Shown here: positions 40,620-51,107 of the stretch, in pieces
Layout: each line of letters opens with the position of its first letter
How positions within the stretch are numbered: the stretch's first letter is position 1
Source: an uncultured Clostridia bacterium
GTDB taxonomy: Bacteria > Bacillota > Clostridia > TANB77 > CAG-508
Direction of reading: 5' to 3'
DNA: 64,000 nucleotides
NCBI GenBank assembly: GCA_944386165.1
Contig: CALXAA010000005.1
Span: 3,328-67,327 of the forward strand
Notes under the pieces: generated by a model
Database searches by the model: none
What the model saw: the letters and a program-made list of their open reading frames with translations, nothing else
Told to the model about the DNA's origin: nothing
Translations under genes and position numbers: made by a program

Positions 40620-41651
40620 CTAACTATTCAAAATTTTATTTTGTTCAAAATGTTCTATCATCTTGTCTACTGCTTTATTTTCAACAAATTTTTCAGCTTG
40701 CCTAATCGTAAATTCAAAAAGTTCTTCATCACTACTTCCATGTGCTTTTACAACTGGTTTTTTTACTCCTAAAAATAATGCTCCTCCATATGATTTATAA
40801 TCCATTGTTTTTTTGAAACGTTTAATTGCTGGTAAACATGGTATTGTACAGATTTTAGCAAGTATATTTTGTGTTAGACTTTCTGTTAATGTTCGTTTTA
40901 CAAATTTTCCAATTCCTTCTGTTGTTTTTAAGAAAACATTTCCTGTGAATCCATCTGTTACTATTGCATCTATTTTTCCTGAAAATGCATCTCTACCTTC
41001 TACATTTCCTACAAAATTTATTCCTAGTTCTTCAGATTTTTCTTTTAATAATTTATAACTTTCTTTTACTAAGTCATTTCCCTTGGTTTCTTCTGTTCCA
41101 ATATTTAATAATCCTATTGCTGGTTTTTCAATTCCAAATGTATTTTTTAAATATATTGTTGACATTTGCGCAAATTGTAACAAATTAATTGGCTTACAGT
41201 TGGTGTTTGATCCTGAATCTATTAATAAAAGTTGACTTTTATATGCTGGTAATATTCCTGCTAATGCAGGTCTATCTATTCCTTTAATTCTTCCTACTAT
41301 TAGCGTTGCTCCAGCAAGCAATGCTCCTGAGTTTCCAGCAGAAATAAATACATCTCCTTCGTTTTCTTTTAGCATTCTAAATCCTACTACCATAGATGAA
41401 TCTTTTTTATGCTTTATTGCATCTGTTGGTCCATCTTCCATTTCTATAATTTCTGTTGCATTTTTTATTTTTAGCCTATTAGAAATTTCTTCTGGTTCTT
41501 TCCCTGTGAATTCTTTTATTTTACTTCTAATAATGTCTTCTTTTCCTATTAGTGTTATTATTGCTTTAACTTCTTTAACTGCTTTGAGTGCTCCTTTTAT
41601 ATTTGCATCTGGGGCATTATCTCCACCCATTGCATCTAATAAAATGTTCAT
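40620..41651 (-). CDS. plsX: phosphate acyltransferase PlsX
   Basis: MNILLDAMGGDNAP N-terminus and full-length PlsX similarity. Gene order plsX-acpP-rnc. Confidence 0.95.
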   Translation of the reverse strand: MNILLDAMGGDNAPDANIKGALKAVKEVKAIITLIGKEDIIRSKIKEFTGKEPEEISNRLKIKNATEIIEMEDGPTDAIKHKKDSSMVVGFRMLKENEGDVFISAGNSGALLAGATLIVGRIKGIDRPALAGILPAYKSQLLLIDSGSNTNCKPINLLQFAQMSTIYLKNTFGIEKPAIGLLNIGTEETKGNDLVKESYKLLKEKSEELGINFVGNVEGRDAFSGKIDAIVTDGFTGNVFLKTTEGIGKFVKRTLTESLTQNILAKICTIPCLPAIKRFKKTMDYKSYGGALFLGVKKPVVKAHGSSDEELFEFTIRQAEKFVENKAVDKMIEHFEQNKILNS

Positions 41652-41855
41652 ATACAAGCTTCCTTTCTTGTTTTATATAATTATTACAAACTTTATTTTA
41701 ATTTATATTATACATATTCATGACCTTATTATTTTATTATTGTTTTCTTAAAATTGCAATAGTTTTGCAAAATATTTATTTATTAGCTTTTTTATAAAGC
41801 ATAAATTCATGAAAAAAAGAGAGAATGTATTTTATTTTACACTCTCTTTTTTATA

Positions 41856-43334
41856 TTATTTTGAATAATCATCATCTTTTGAAGCATCTGATTCTAAAGA
41901 TAAATCAAAATTATCACCAACGCTTGCTTGTTTAGAATCATTTTGTTGAGATTTTTCTGCAGAAGTCGTAGCTGCAACATAATCTCTTGCATCTAATTGT
42001 TGCATTAAATTCTGTCTATTACTATTTTGCAATGACTCTGCTTTTTCTGGAATTTGTAATACTTCTTTTTCTTTTTTCTTTGTAAATAAAGGTTGTTGCT
42101 TTATTTTGTTTATCATATCTCTTACCATAAAACCTTGTTTTGTTAATAAACCATGAATAATGCTTGCATTTCCTCTATTTTCATATGCAAAATCTTTTAT
42201 TTGTTTTACTTGCTCTCTTGATAAAGCACAATTTTTTAATGCTCTAGATATTAAAGACATTCCTCTTAAATCAAATTTTAATTTAACATCTGGATTTAGA
42301 TTTTTTGCATTTTCAACTAATTCATGAAGATTTTTTATTTGGCTTATATCTGTCAATGTTCCATCACAGAAAATACCATATTTATTAAATTCTATAATAT
42401 ATTCTTTTTTACTTTCTGGTACTGGATTTTTGATTGTTTGGATAACGCCTGGATTTGTTTGAACTGATCCTTGTCCTTGTTGCCCAGTTGTTTGTGTAGT
42501 GCCTGGATTTGTTTGGGCTGATCCTTTATCTTGCCCAGCACTATCTTTTTTAGGTGTTTCCTTTTTTTCTTCTTGTTTTTGTGGTTCATCTAGTTTATCT
42601 TTACCATATTTTTCTTCTAATTTACCCATTGCTTTAAGTATTTTTTCAAGCTTATCTTTTTTCTCTTTACTTTTTACCTTATTCTTTTCATTTTTAAGTT
42701 CTTCATCAATTTTGGCAATATCAGATAAATATTCTTTTATCTCAGGGTCATTATCATCTTTTCCCTTTGATTTTAGACTTCTTATTTCATTTTCAAGTTG
42801 TTTTTTTTCTTCTAATAAATGTTCTGAATTGTCTGTTTTTTCAATCTCTTTAATTTCATTTTCAAGTTTTTGTTTTTCGGTTTTTAATCCTTGATAATCA
42901 TTTCTTGCTTCATTTAGTTCTGCTTTTGTAACAATTTTCTCCTTTTTAATTGATTCAATTTCAGCTTGCAAGTTTTGAATTTCTTCATCAAGATATACAT
43001 CTGAATATGAATATCCTTGTTCAGTTAGCTTATCTATTTTTTCATTTATTTTCTTGTTTAGTTCATCTATTTTTTCTTTTTTACCATTTTCAAATTCGTT
43101 TATTTCTTCAATTTGAGATAACAACTTTTCTAATTTTTTATTTACTTCTTTTTCAATTCTCTGTAAGCCCATATTTAAATTTGCAATCTCTTGATCAGAA
43201 TAAATGTCTCTATTTTCTTTTTCAAGATCTTCCATTCTGTTATTTATTCTTTCATCTATTAATTCTTTGCTTTTAGTAAATCCTTTTCTTAATTCATCAA
43301 CTTCATTTTGTAATTGTTTTAGTTCTTCTTCCAT
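41856..43334 (-). CDS. hypothetical coiled-coil protein (492 aa) with a Q/T/G-rich repeat linker and a globular C-terminal domain
   Basis: N-terminal 270 aa are K/E-rich heptad-like. Duplicated GS(A/V)QTNPG(T/V).QT unit. TTGACA-17-TATAAT promoter upstream on the minus strand. Confidence 0.6.
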   Translation of the reverse strand: MEEELKQLQNEVDELRKGFTKSKELIDERINNRMEDLEKENRDIYSDQEIANLNMGLQRIEKEVNKKLEKLLSQIEEINEFENGKKEKIDELNKKINEKIDKLTEQGYSYSDVYLDEEIQNLQAEIESIKKEKIVTKAELNEARNDYQGLKTEKQKLENEIKEIEKTDNSEHLLEEKKQLENEIRSLKSKGKDDNDPEIKEYLSDIAKIDEELKNEKNKVKSKEKKDKLEKILKAMGKLEEKYGKDKLDEPQKQEEKKETPKKDSAGQDKGSAQTNPGTTQTTGQQGQGSVQTNPGVIQTIKNPVPESKKEYIIEFNKYGIFCDGTLTDISQIKNLHELVENAKNLNPDVKLKFDLRGMSLISRALKNCALSREQVKQIKDFAYENRGNASIIHGLLTKQGFMVRDMINKIKQQPLFTKKKEKEVLQIPEKAESLQNSNRQNLMQQLDARDYVAATTSAEKSQQNDSKQASVGDNFDLSLESDASKDDDYSK

Positions 43335-43524
43335 ATTAATTTTTCCTTTCTAATATAAATTAACATAAATCTCTTATGTAAACATACATATTAATTATAA
43401 CTTAATTTGTATTTTTTGTCAATATTTATGTGAATTAATCAATTAATATAATTTATTGTATTTTATCATATTATTGTTTAATTAATATTACAGAAATATT
43501 ATTTTTTTATTACATTTTGAAGAA

Positions 43525-43557
43525 CGCAAAAAAGAGAATGATTTTTACATTCTCTTT
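43525..43557 (-). terminator. rho-independent terminator after tuf
   Basis: 10-bp stem AAAGAGAATG / CATTCTCTTT with a 7-nt loop, followed by a T-run on the minus strand. Confidence 0.7.
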
Positions 43558-43573
43558 TTGTTTTTATATTAAA

Positions 43574-44776
43574 CTAAGCAATGATATCAGATACAACACC
43601 TGAACCAACTGTTCTACCACCTTCACGAATAGCGAATCTTAATCCTTTTTCGATAGCGATAGGTGTAATTAATTCAATTGTCATTGATACGTTGTCTCCT
43701 GGCATAACCATTTCTGTTCCAGCAGGTAATTCAATAACACCTGTTACGTCTGTTGTTCTGAAATAGAATTGTGGTCTATATCCATTGAAGAATGGTGTAT
43801 GACGTCCACCTTCTTCTTTTGTTAAAACGTATACTTCTGATGTGAATTTTGTATGTGGATGGATTGTTCCTGGTTTACATAGAACTTGACCTCTTTCGAT
43901 GTCTTTTCTATCAATTCCTCTTAATAATGTTCCTATATTATCTCCAGCTTCAGCTTGATCTAATAATTTTCTGAACATTTCTACACCTGTAACTACAGTT
44001 TTCTTTCTTTCTGTAGATAAACCAATGATTTCAACTTCATCACCAATTTTAACTTCTCCTCTTTCTACTCTACCTGTAGCAACTGTTCCACGTCCTGTAA
44101 TTGTGAATACGTCTTCAACTGGCATTAAGAATGGTTGATCTATTGGTCTTTGTGGTGTTGGAATATAAGAATCTACAGCATCCATTAATTCTTTCATTGG
44201 AGCATATACTGGATCATTTGGATCTGTTGATGTGCTTTCTAATACTTTTAATGAAGATCCTTTGATAACTGGAATTTCGTCTCCTGGGAAACCATATTCT
44301 GTTAATAGGTCTCTAACTTCCATTTCAACTAATTCTAATAATTCTGGATCATCTACCATATCGCATTTATTTAAGTAAACAACGATATATTTTACACCTA
44401 CTTGTCTTGCTAATAGTATATGTTCTCTTGTTTGAGGCATTGGACCATCAGCAGCAGATACTACTAATATAGCTCCATCCATTTGAGCTGCACCTGTAAT
44501 CATGTTTTTTACATAGTCAGCATGACCTGGACAGTCTACGTGTGCATAGTGTCTGTTTTCTGTTTCATATTCTACGTGAGCTGTGTTAATTGTGATTCCT
44601 CTTGCTTTTTCTTCTGGTGCTCCGTCGATTTGATCATAAGCTGTATATTGAGCTCTATTAAATAATGATAAATATTTTGTAATAGCAGCTGTTGTTGTTG
44701 TTTTTCCATGGTCTACGTGTCCAATAGTACCAATGTTAACGTGTGGCTTTGTTCTTTCAAATTTTGCTTTTGCCAT
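43574..44776 (-). CDS. tuf: translation elongation factor Tu
   Basis: [21 protein letters not shown] motifs; full-length EF-Tu. Confidence 0.98.
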   Translation of the reverse strand: MAKAKFERTKPHVNIGTIGHVDHGKTTTTAAITKYLSLFNRAQYTAYDQIDGAPEEKARGITINTAHVEYETENRHYAHVDCPGHADYVKNMITGAAQMDGAILVVSAADGPMPQTREHILLARQVGVKYIVVYLNKCDMVDDPELLELVEMEVRDLLTEYGFPGDEIPVIKGSSLKVLESTSTDPNDPVYAPMKELMDAVDSYIPTPQRPIDQPFLMPVEDVFTITGRGTVATGRVERGEVKIGDEVEIIGLSTERKKTVVTGVEMFRKLLDQAEAGDNIGTLLRGIDRKDIERGQVLCKPGTIHPHTKFTSEVYVLTKEEGGRHTPFFNGYRPQFYFRTTDVTGVIELPAGTEMVMPGDNVSMTIELITPIAIEKGLRFAIREGGRTVGSGVVSDIIA

Positions 44777-44895
44777 TTTAAATTCCTCCTTAATTTTTGA
44801 GATTTCTCTCTTTTTATTTCTATTTTGTACACCAATTTTATAACATTTTCATTAAAAAATCAAGTGTTTTTATAAATTTCAAGTATTTATTTGTA

Positions 44896-46980
44896 TTAGT
44901 CTTGTTTTTTACCTCTTGCGGCTACAATTGTTTCTAATACTGATTTTGGAACTTCCTCATAATGTGATGGTTCCATTGAATATGTTCCTCTACCTTGTGT
45001 TTTTGAACGTAAGTCTGTAGCATAACCAAACATTTCAGATAATGGTATAAATGCTCTGATTTCTTGCATTCCGTCATTTGCTTCCATTCCTTCCATTCTT
45101 CCACGTCTAGAGTTTACATCACCTATAACATCTCCCATGTATTCTTCTGGAACTGTTATTTCAACTTTCATTATTGGCTCTAATAGCACTGATTTAGCTT
45201 GTTTACATCCTTCTTTGAATGCCATTGAAGCAGCTATTTTGAATGCCATTTCAGATGAGTCAACTTCATGGTAAGATCCATCTACTAAAGTACATTTAAA
45301 GTCAATTACTGGGTATCCTGCTAAAATACCTGTTTCAGCAGCTTCTCTCATACCTTGTTCAATTGGTTTAATATATTCTTTTGGAACTGCTCCTCCAACA
45401 ATTTTGCTTTCGAATTCAATTCCTTTTCCTGCTTCTAATGGTTCCATTTCAAACCATACGTCTCCGTATTGACCTTTACCACCAGATTGACGAATAAATT
45501 TACCTTGAACTTTTACTTTGTTTCTAATTGTTTCTTTATATGCAACTTGTGGTTTTCCTACATTGCATTCAACTTTGAATTCTCTTTTTAATCTATCTAC
45601 AATTATATCTAAGTGTAATTCACCCATACCTGCTATAATTGTTTGTCCAGTTTCTTGATTTGTATAAGCTTTAAATGTTGGATCTTCTTCAGCTAATTTT
45701 GCTAAAGCTATTCCCATTTTTTCTTGAGCTGCTTTATCTTTTGGCTCAATAGCTATATCAATAACTGGTTCAGGGAATTCCATTGATTCAAGAATTATTG
45801 GATGTTCTGGATCACATAAAGTATTTCCTGTTGTAACATCTTTTAATCCTACTGCTGCAGCAATGTCTCCTGCATATACTTTTTCAATGTCTTCTCTATG
45901 ATTTGAATGCATTTGTAAAATTCTACCTATTCTTTCTTTTTTATCTTTGCTTGAGTTTAAAACAGTTGAACCAGTTTCTAATGTTCCTGAATAAACTCTA
46001 AAGAAACATAGTTTTCCTACAAATGGGTCTGTTGCAATTTTAAATGCTAATGCTGCAAATGGTTCTGAATCAGATGTTTTGGCTTCTGTTTCAGTTCCAT
46101 CTAATAATTGTCCTTTTATATGTGGTATATCAAGTGGTGATGGCATGTAATCTACTATTGCATTTAATAATTCTTGTACACCTTTGTTTTTGTATGAAGA
46201 TCCACATGTTACTGGAACTATTGTATTTGCTATTGTTCCTTTACGTAATCCTCTTTTTATTTCTTCTTCAGAAAGTTCCTCGCCTTCTAAATATTTCATC
46301 ATTAATTCTTCGTCTTGTTCACATGCAGCTTCTATCATAGCTGTTCTATATTTTTTTGCATCTTCTACCATATCTTCAGGAATATCAATTTCTTCAATTA
46401 CTTTTCCTAAGTCATCTTTATGTTCAAATGCTCTCATTTTTATTAAATCTACTATTCCTAAGAAATGATCTTCTGCTCCAATTGGTAATTGGATTGGAAC
46501 AGCATTTGCATGTAATCTATTTTTTAGTTGTTCAACACATAACATGAAGTTTGCACCAACAACATCCATTTTATTTACATATACCATTCTTGGTACTTGA
46601 TATTTATCAGCTTGTCTCCAAACTGTTTCTGTTTGTGGTTGAACTCCACCTTTTGCAGCAAGTACTGTAACTGCTCCATCTAGTACTCTTAATGATCTTT
46701 GAACTTCTACTGTAAAGTCAACGTGGCCTGGTGTGTCAATAATATTAATTCTATTATTATTCCAGAAACAAGTTGTAGCAGCAGATGTAATTGTTATACC
46801 TCTTTCTTGTTCTTGTTCCATCCAGTCCATTGTTGCAGCACCCTCATGAACTTCTCCTATTTTATGAGTTTTACCTGTATAAAATAGGATTCTTTCTGTT
46901 GTTGTTGTTTTTCCTGCATCTATGTGTGCCATTATTCCTATATTTCTTGTTCTTTCTAATGGGTATGCTCTTCCTGCCAT
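44896..46980 (-). CDS. fusA: translation elongation factor G
   Basis: [21 protein letters not shown] motifs; full-length EF-G. Confidence 0.98.
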   Translation of the reverse strand: MAGRAYPLERTRNIGIMAHIDAGKTTTTERILFYTGKTHKIGEVHEGAATMDWMEQEQERGITITSAATTCFWNNNRINIIDTPGHVDFTVEVQRSLRVLDGAVTVLAAKGGVQPQTETVWRQADKYQVPRMVYVNKMDVVGANFMLCVEQLKNRLHANAVPIQLPIGAEDHFLGIVDLIKMRAFEHKDDLGKVIEEIDIPEDMVEDAKKYRTAMIEAACEQDEELMMKYLEGEELSEEEIKRGLRKGTIANTIVPVTCGSSYKNKGVQELLNAIVDYMPSPLDIPHIKGQLLDGTETEAKTSDSEPFAALAFKIATDPFVGKLCFFRVYSGTLETGSTVLNSSKDKKERIGRILQMHSNHREDIEKVYAGDIAAAVGLKDVTTGNTLCDPEHPIILESMEFPEPVIDIAIEPKDKAAQEKMGIALAKLAEEDPTFKAYTNQETGQTIIAGMGELHLDIIVDRLKREFKVECNVGKPQVAYKETIRNKVKVQGKFIRQSGGKGQYGDVWFEMEPLEAGKGIEFESKIVGGAVPKEYIKPIEQGMREAAETGILAGYPVIDFKCTLVDGSYHEVDSSEMAFKIAASMAFKEGCKQAKSVLLEPIMKVEITVPEEYMGDVIGDVNSRRGRMEGMEANDGMQEIRAFIPLSEMFGYATDLRSKTQGRGTYSMEPSHYEEVPKSVLETIVAARGKKQD

Positions 46981-47042
46981 TTTCTATATTTCCTCCTTTC
47001 GTTTATCGTAAACGAATTTCTCATTTATTTTAAATTATCTTT

Positions 47043-47513
47043 TTACCATTTATAATGTGCGAAAGCTTTATTAGCTTCTGCCATTCTATGTGTATCTTCT
47101 TTCTTCTTGAATGCTCCACCATTTCCGTTTGTTGCATCTATAATTTCATTTGCTAGTTTTTCAGCCATTGTTTTTTCATGTCTTGTTCTAGCATATGTTA
47201 CTAACCATCTTAATCCTAATGTTTGTCTTCTTTCTGGTCTAATTTCTAATGGTACTTGGTATGTTGCTCCTCCAACTCTTCTTGCTTTTACTTCAAGAAC
47301 TGGCATTACATTTTCTAATGCTGCTTCAAATACTTCTAAAGGATTTTTTCCTTCTTTTTCTTTTATTATATCAAAAGCATCATAAACTATTCCTTGAGCA
47401 ACTGATTTTTTACCATCTAACATTATGTTGTTTATTAATTTTGTTACAACTTTGCTGTTATATATAGGATCTGGTAATACATCTCTTTTTGCTATAAATC
47501 CTCTTCTTGGCAC
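47043..47513 (-). CDS. rpsG: 30S ribosomal protein S7
   Basis: Full-length S7 similarity (MPRRG..., [15 protein letters not shown]). Confidence 0.98.
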   Translation of the reverse strand: MPRRGFIAKRDVLPDPIYNSKVVTKLINNIMLDGKKSVAQGIVYDAFDIIKEKEGKNPLEVFEAALENVMPVLEVKARRVGGATYQVPLEIRPERRQTLGLRWLVTYARTRHEKTMAEKLANEIIDATNGNGGAFKKKEDTHRMAEANKAFAHYKW

Positions 47514-47690
47514 TATTCTTCACTCCTTTTCTTTCTGAGATTTTTTTCTCTTTGATTGATATCTATAAAGATATCTAAGTTACTCTGAAAATCTTTTGAT
47601 TTCCCGTTTAGTGCTACATAATCTATTCTAAATTTAAGTACCTTAATTTAGTAAGATGTGCATGCACTACTAAACAAATTTAACATTTGT

Positions 47691-48104
47691 TTATTTTTTT
47701 GGACGTTTTGCTCCGTATTTTGAACGTCCTTGCATTCTGTCTTTAACACCTGCTGTATCTAATGTTCCTCTAATAATATGATATCTAACACCAGGAAGGT
47801 CTTTTACTCTTCCTCCTCTTATTAGAACTACACTGTGTTCTTGTAGGTTATGTCCTATTCCAGGAATATATGATGTTACTTCATATCCATTTGAAAGTCT
47901 AACTCTGGCAACTTTTCTTAATGCTGAGTTTGGTTTTTTTGGTGTTACTGTTTTTACTACTGTACATACACCTCTTTTTTGTGGTGCTTTATTATCTGTT
48001 ACAGTTTTGTTTTTTGAGTTCCATCCATGTTGTAATGCTGGAGCTGTAGATTTTGCCTTTGTTGTCTTTCTTCCTTTTCTTACTAATTGATTAATTGTTG
48101 GCAC
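47691..48104 (-). CDS. rpsL: 30S ribosomal protein S12
   Basis: [36 protein letters not shown] motifs. Confidence 0.98.
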   Translation of the reverse strand: MPTINQLVRKGRKTTKAKSTAPALQHGWNSKNKTVTDNKAPQKRGVCTVVKTVTPKKPNSALRKVARVRLSNGYEVTSYIPGIGHNLQEHSVVLIRGGRVKDLPGVRYHIIRGTLDTAGVKDRMQGRSKYGAKRPKK

Positions 48105-48225
48105 TTAAATTTCACCTCTTTTCTTTAATATTAAAATTGACCGCAAACACAATTATTTTTATAATTTGTTGCGGTCTATATTTTATCATTTTTTTCCTGT
48201 AATGTCAATGTTTTTCTTTTATTTT

Positions 48226-49593
48226 TTATAAATTATCTCTACTTCCTTCTGTTAATGCTTTTACATTGTTTAAATTAAATATTCTTTTTGCAAAACATTT
48301 TATTTTTTCTGCAAATGAAATTGTTCCTATTGTTTCTATTAGTACATTTTTATTAGCATTTTTAACTATTTTTTGCATTGTTTTTAAGTCATGCTTTGTT
48401 ATTTTTATTTCATTTGAGTAAGATAAATTATATATTATTTTTGGTAATTGTTCTGAACCTGATACTTCTACATTAGCAAATGACATTACATAGTTGTATA
48501 TCATTTTTTCAGAATCTTTATTGTATTTTATTGCAAATCTTTCTAATAGTTCACAAATTATAGGATCCATTTTTCTAACAGCATTACTGTAATAGTTTTT
48601 GTATGTAGTTGCTGCATATTTTATAATAGCTTCTTTCCATAGTTTTCTGTCATTTTTTTCGTTTTCTAGTTTTCTTTCTTTGATTGGATATATTTTCATT
48701 GTAGTTCCATCACTAATTTCAGCTTTGTAAACTATTGTTTTATCTTCTACTTTTATAATAATATTTTGTATTGTTATTGGTTCTACTATTTTTGGCGTTT
48801 CTTCATATGATGTATTTTCTTCAAATGTGATTATTTCGTCTTCTTTTGCTAGTTGTTCTTGTAATGTTTTTATGATTTCATCTTCAAGTTGACTGAAATC
48901 TTCTACCACTACATCTTTTTCTATTTTTGGTTCTTCAATATCTTCAAATTTATCAATATTTATTTCATCTATTTTTATTTCATCAAGTTGTGGTTCGAAT
49001 TCTTCTACTTTAAATGGTTCTTCTTCTGGTTTAAATTCTTCTACTTTTATTTCTTCTATTGTTTGTAAAACTTCTCTTGCTTCTGTTTCATTTTGTTCTT
49101 TGTTTTGTTGTCTTTGATTTTCTTCTGTAAGAATTCTGTTAATTTCACCATATTTTATCATTTTCTTTATCCATAAAAGATTTGATATATTTTCTTCTAT
49201 CCTACTAATACTGTTTTTTTCTTCATAAACAGTATTAATATCTCCTGAACAGTTTTCATTTTCTTCGATTTGTTCATTTATTATGCGGATTTTTCTCATT
49301 TCTTCTGCAATTAAACTGTTTATTTCTAAATATGCTTGTTCTTTTATTGATATTAATTTTGAATCAATTTGATTTTGAAACCACTGGCTTTGATTGCCTA
49401 AATCCGAAATTTGTCTACCTAAGCAATTTATTTCTGACCATATTTCTTCGTCATTGTTTGCTTTATTTGCTGCTTTTTTTGAATTTCTTTCTTTTGCTAA
49501 TTCATTTCTTTTTCTTTCTATTTTGTCTATTTGTTCTTTTAAATTTCTTTTTTCTTCAACAAAACTTTTATAATTTCTAAAAATTTCTTCCAT
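48226..49593 (-). CDS. hypothetical coiled-coil/acidic protein (455 aa)
   Basis: Intact ORF followed by a long imperfect hairpin terminator (48139-48176). Helical N-terminus, E-rich middle, globular C-terminus. Confidence 0.6.
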   Translation of the reverse strand: MEEIFRNYKSFVEEKRNLKEQIDKIERKRNELAKERNSKKAANKANNDEEIWSEINCLGRQISDLGNQSQWFQNQIDSKLISIKEQAYLEINSLIAEEMRKIRIINEQIEENENCSGDINTVYEEKNSISRIEENISNLLWIKKMIKYGEINRILTEENQRQQNKEQNETEAREVLQTIEEIKVEEFKPEEEPFKVEEFEPQLDEIKIDEINIDKFEDIEEPKIEKDVVVEDFSQLEDEIIKTLQEQLAKEDEIITFEENTSYEETPKIVEPITIQNIIIKVEDKTIVYKAEISDGTTMKIYPIKERKLENEKNDRKLWKEAIIKYAATTYKNYYSNAVRKMDPIICELLERFAIKYNKDSEKMIYNYVMSFANVEVSGSEQLPKIIYNLSYSNEIKITKHDLKTMQKIVKNANKNVLIETIGTISFAEKIKCFAKRIFNLNNVKALTEGSRDNL

Positions 49594-49742
49594 AATTAAT
49601 CAAACCCAGTTATATTAAGCTTTTAGTCTTAATATATCTCCTTTCTTTTGTTTTAAGCTTTTATTCAATTGTTATTCTATCATATTGTGTTTTTTCTTGC
49701 AAGTAATTTTTGTCAATTTTTTTATTTTTTTGTGAATATTTG

Positions 49743-51086
49743 TTATAAATTTAATAATGCTCTATCAGCAAGTTTTCCATATTTCAATTTTTTGTCTTTT
49801 ATCTTTTCTTCTAGTTCAGGTAAAATCCCAAAATTAGCATTCATGGGTTGAAATTTGTCATTTGGAGTTGAAATATAATTTGCCAGTGCACCAATCATTG
49901 TTAATTTTGAAAATTCTTTTTTTCCTTCTCCTTTAAATTGTGCTACTGCATTTAATGCAGCAACCATCCCTGATGAAATTGATTCTACATATCCTTCAAC
50001 TCCTGTAATTTGTCCTGCAAAATAAATATTTTTATTATTTTTAAAGTTATATGTGTTATCTAATAATTTTGTTGAATTTATATATGTATTTCTATGCATT
50101 ACTCCATATCTAACAAATTCTGCATTTTCTAAACCTGGTATCATAGTCAATACTCTTTTTTGTTCACCAAATTTTAAATTTGTTTGAAATCCTACTATAT
50201 TATATATAGTAGCTGTTTCATTATCTTGTCTTAATTGAACCACTGCATAAGGTCGTTTTCCTGTTCTTGGATCATCAAATCCTACAGGTTTTAGTGGTCC
50301 ATATCTTAAAGTATCTATACCTCTTTTAGCCATTACTTCAACAGGCATACATCCTTCAAAAATTTCTTTTTTTTCAAATTCATGTTTTGTTGCAATATCT
50401 GCATTTACAAGTTCTTTAACAAACAGTTCATATTCTTCTTTATTCATTGGAAGATTAATATAACTTGCATTTTGTTCTTCTAATCTTTTTTTCCAATCAC
50501 CTATGCTTTCTTCTTTTCCTTTTTCTTGTTCATATCTATTTCCATAAAACGCAATTTCAAAATTTATACTCTCTTTTGTTACAATTGGTGCTGCAGCATC
50601 ATAAAAATATAGTTTATCCTCTCCTGTTATTTTTGATATTTCTTTTGATAAACCTTCTGATGTTAATGGGCCTGTTGCTATAATTACAATTCCATTTTTT
50701 ATAAGATCTTCTAAGTTTGTTATTTCTTCATGAATTATTTCTATAAGTGAATTTTGGGTAATTTCACTAGTTACTTTTTCTGCAAAAATTTCTCTATCTA
50801 CTGCAAGAGCTTGTCCAGCAGGAACTTGTGTTTTGTCTGCAATTTTTATTAATAATGAGTCTAATTTTCTTAATTCTTCTTTTAAAAGTCCACATGCATT
50901 TGTATGTAAATTTGATTTGAATGAATTACTACAAACTATTTCAGCTAAGTTCTTACTAGTATGTGCTTCTGTGTATTTGGTTGGTTTCATTTCATATAGT
51001 TTTACTTTTATTCCTCTTTTTGTTATTTGATATGCAGCTTCACATCCTGCTAATCCTCCACCTATAACTACTATATAGTCATTCAT
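49743..51086 (-). CDS. trmFO: methylenetetrahydrofolate--tRNA-(uracil54-C5)-methyltransferase TrmFO (Gid)
   Basis: FAD-binding VIGGGLAGCEAA N-terminus and full-length TrmFO similarity. Confidence 0.93.
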   Translation of the reverse strand: MNDYIVVIGGGLAGCEAAYQITKRGIKVKLYEMKPTKYTEAHTSKNLAEIVCSNSFKSNLHTNACGLLKEELRKLDSLLIKIADKTQVPAGQALAVDREIFAEKVTSEITQNSLIEIIHEEITNLEDLIKNGIVIIATGPLTSEGLSKEISKITGEDKLYFYDAAAPIVTKESINFEIAFYGNRYEQEKGKEESIGDWKKRLEEQNASYINLPMNKEEYELFVKELVNADIATKHEFEKKEIFEGCMPVEVMAKRGIDTLRYGPLKPVGFDDPRTGKRPYAVVQLRQDNETATIYNIVGFQTNLKFGEQKRVLTMIPGLENAEFVRYGVMHRNTYINSTKLLDNTYNFKNNKNIYFAGQITGVEGYVESISSGMVAALNAVAQFKGEGKKEFSKLTMIGALANYISTPNDKFQPMNANFGILPELEEKIKDKKLKYGKLADRALLNL

Positions 51087-51107
51087 ATATTACCTCTTTT
51101 CATAATA

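Noticed and set aside
42392-42589. 65-aa same-strand nested ORF inside the 492-aa coiled-coil gene
   Set aside because: It is an alternative frame through a K/Q-rich repetitive segment with no SD. It is most simply a by-product of the low-complexity sequence.
43400-43430. Isolated TTGTCAA/TTGACAA matches (for example near 756, 3250, 40585, 43416, 48205, 49700) as additional repeat copies
   Set aside because: Only the 7-nt arm matches. These are -35 hexamers (TTGACA) of minus-strand promoters with appropriately spaced -10 boxes. They lack the conserved AATCTCCGTCCCCA loop.
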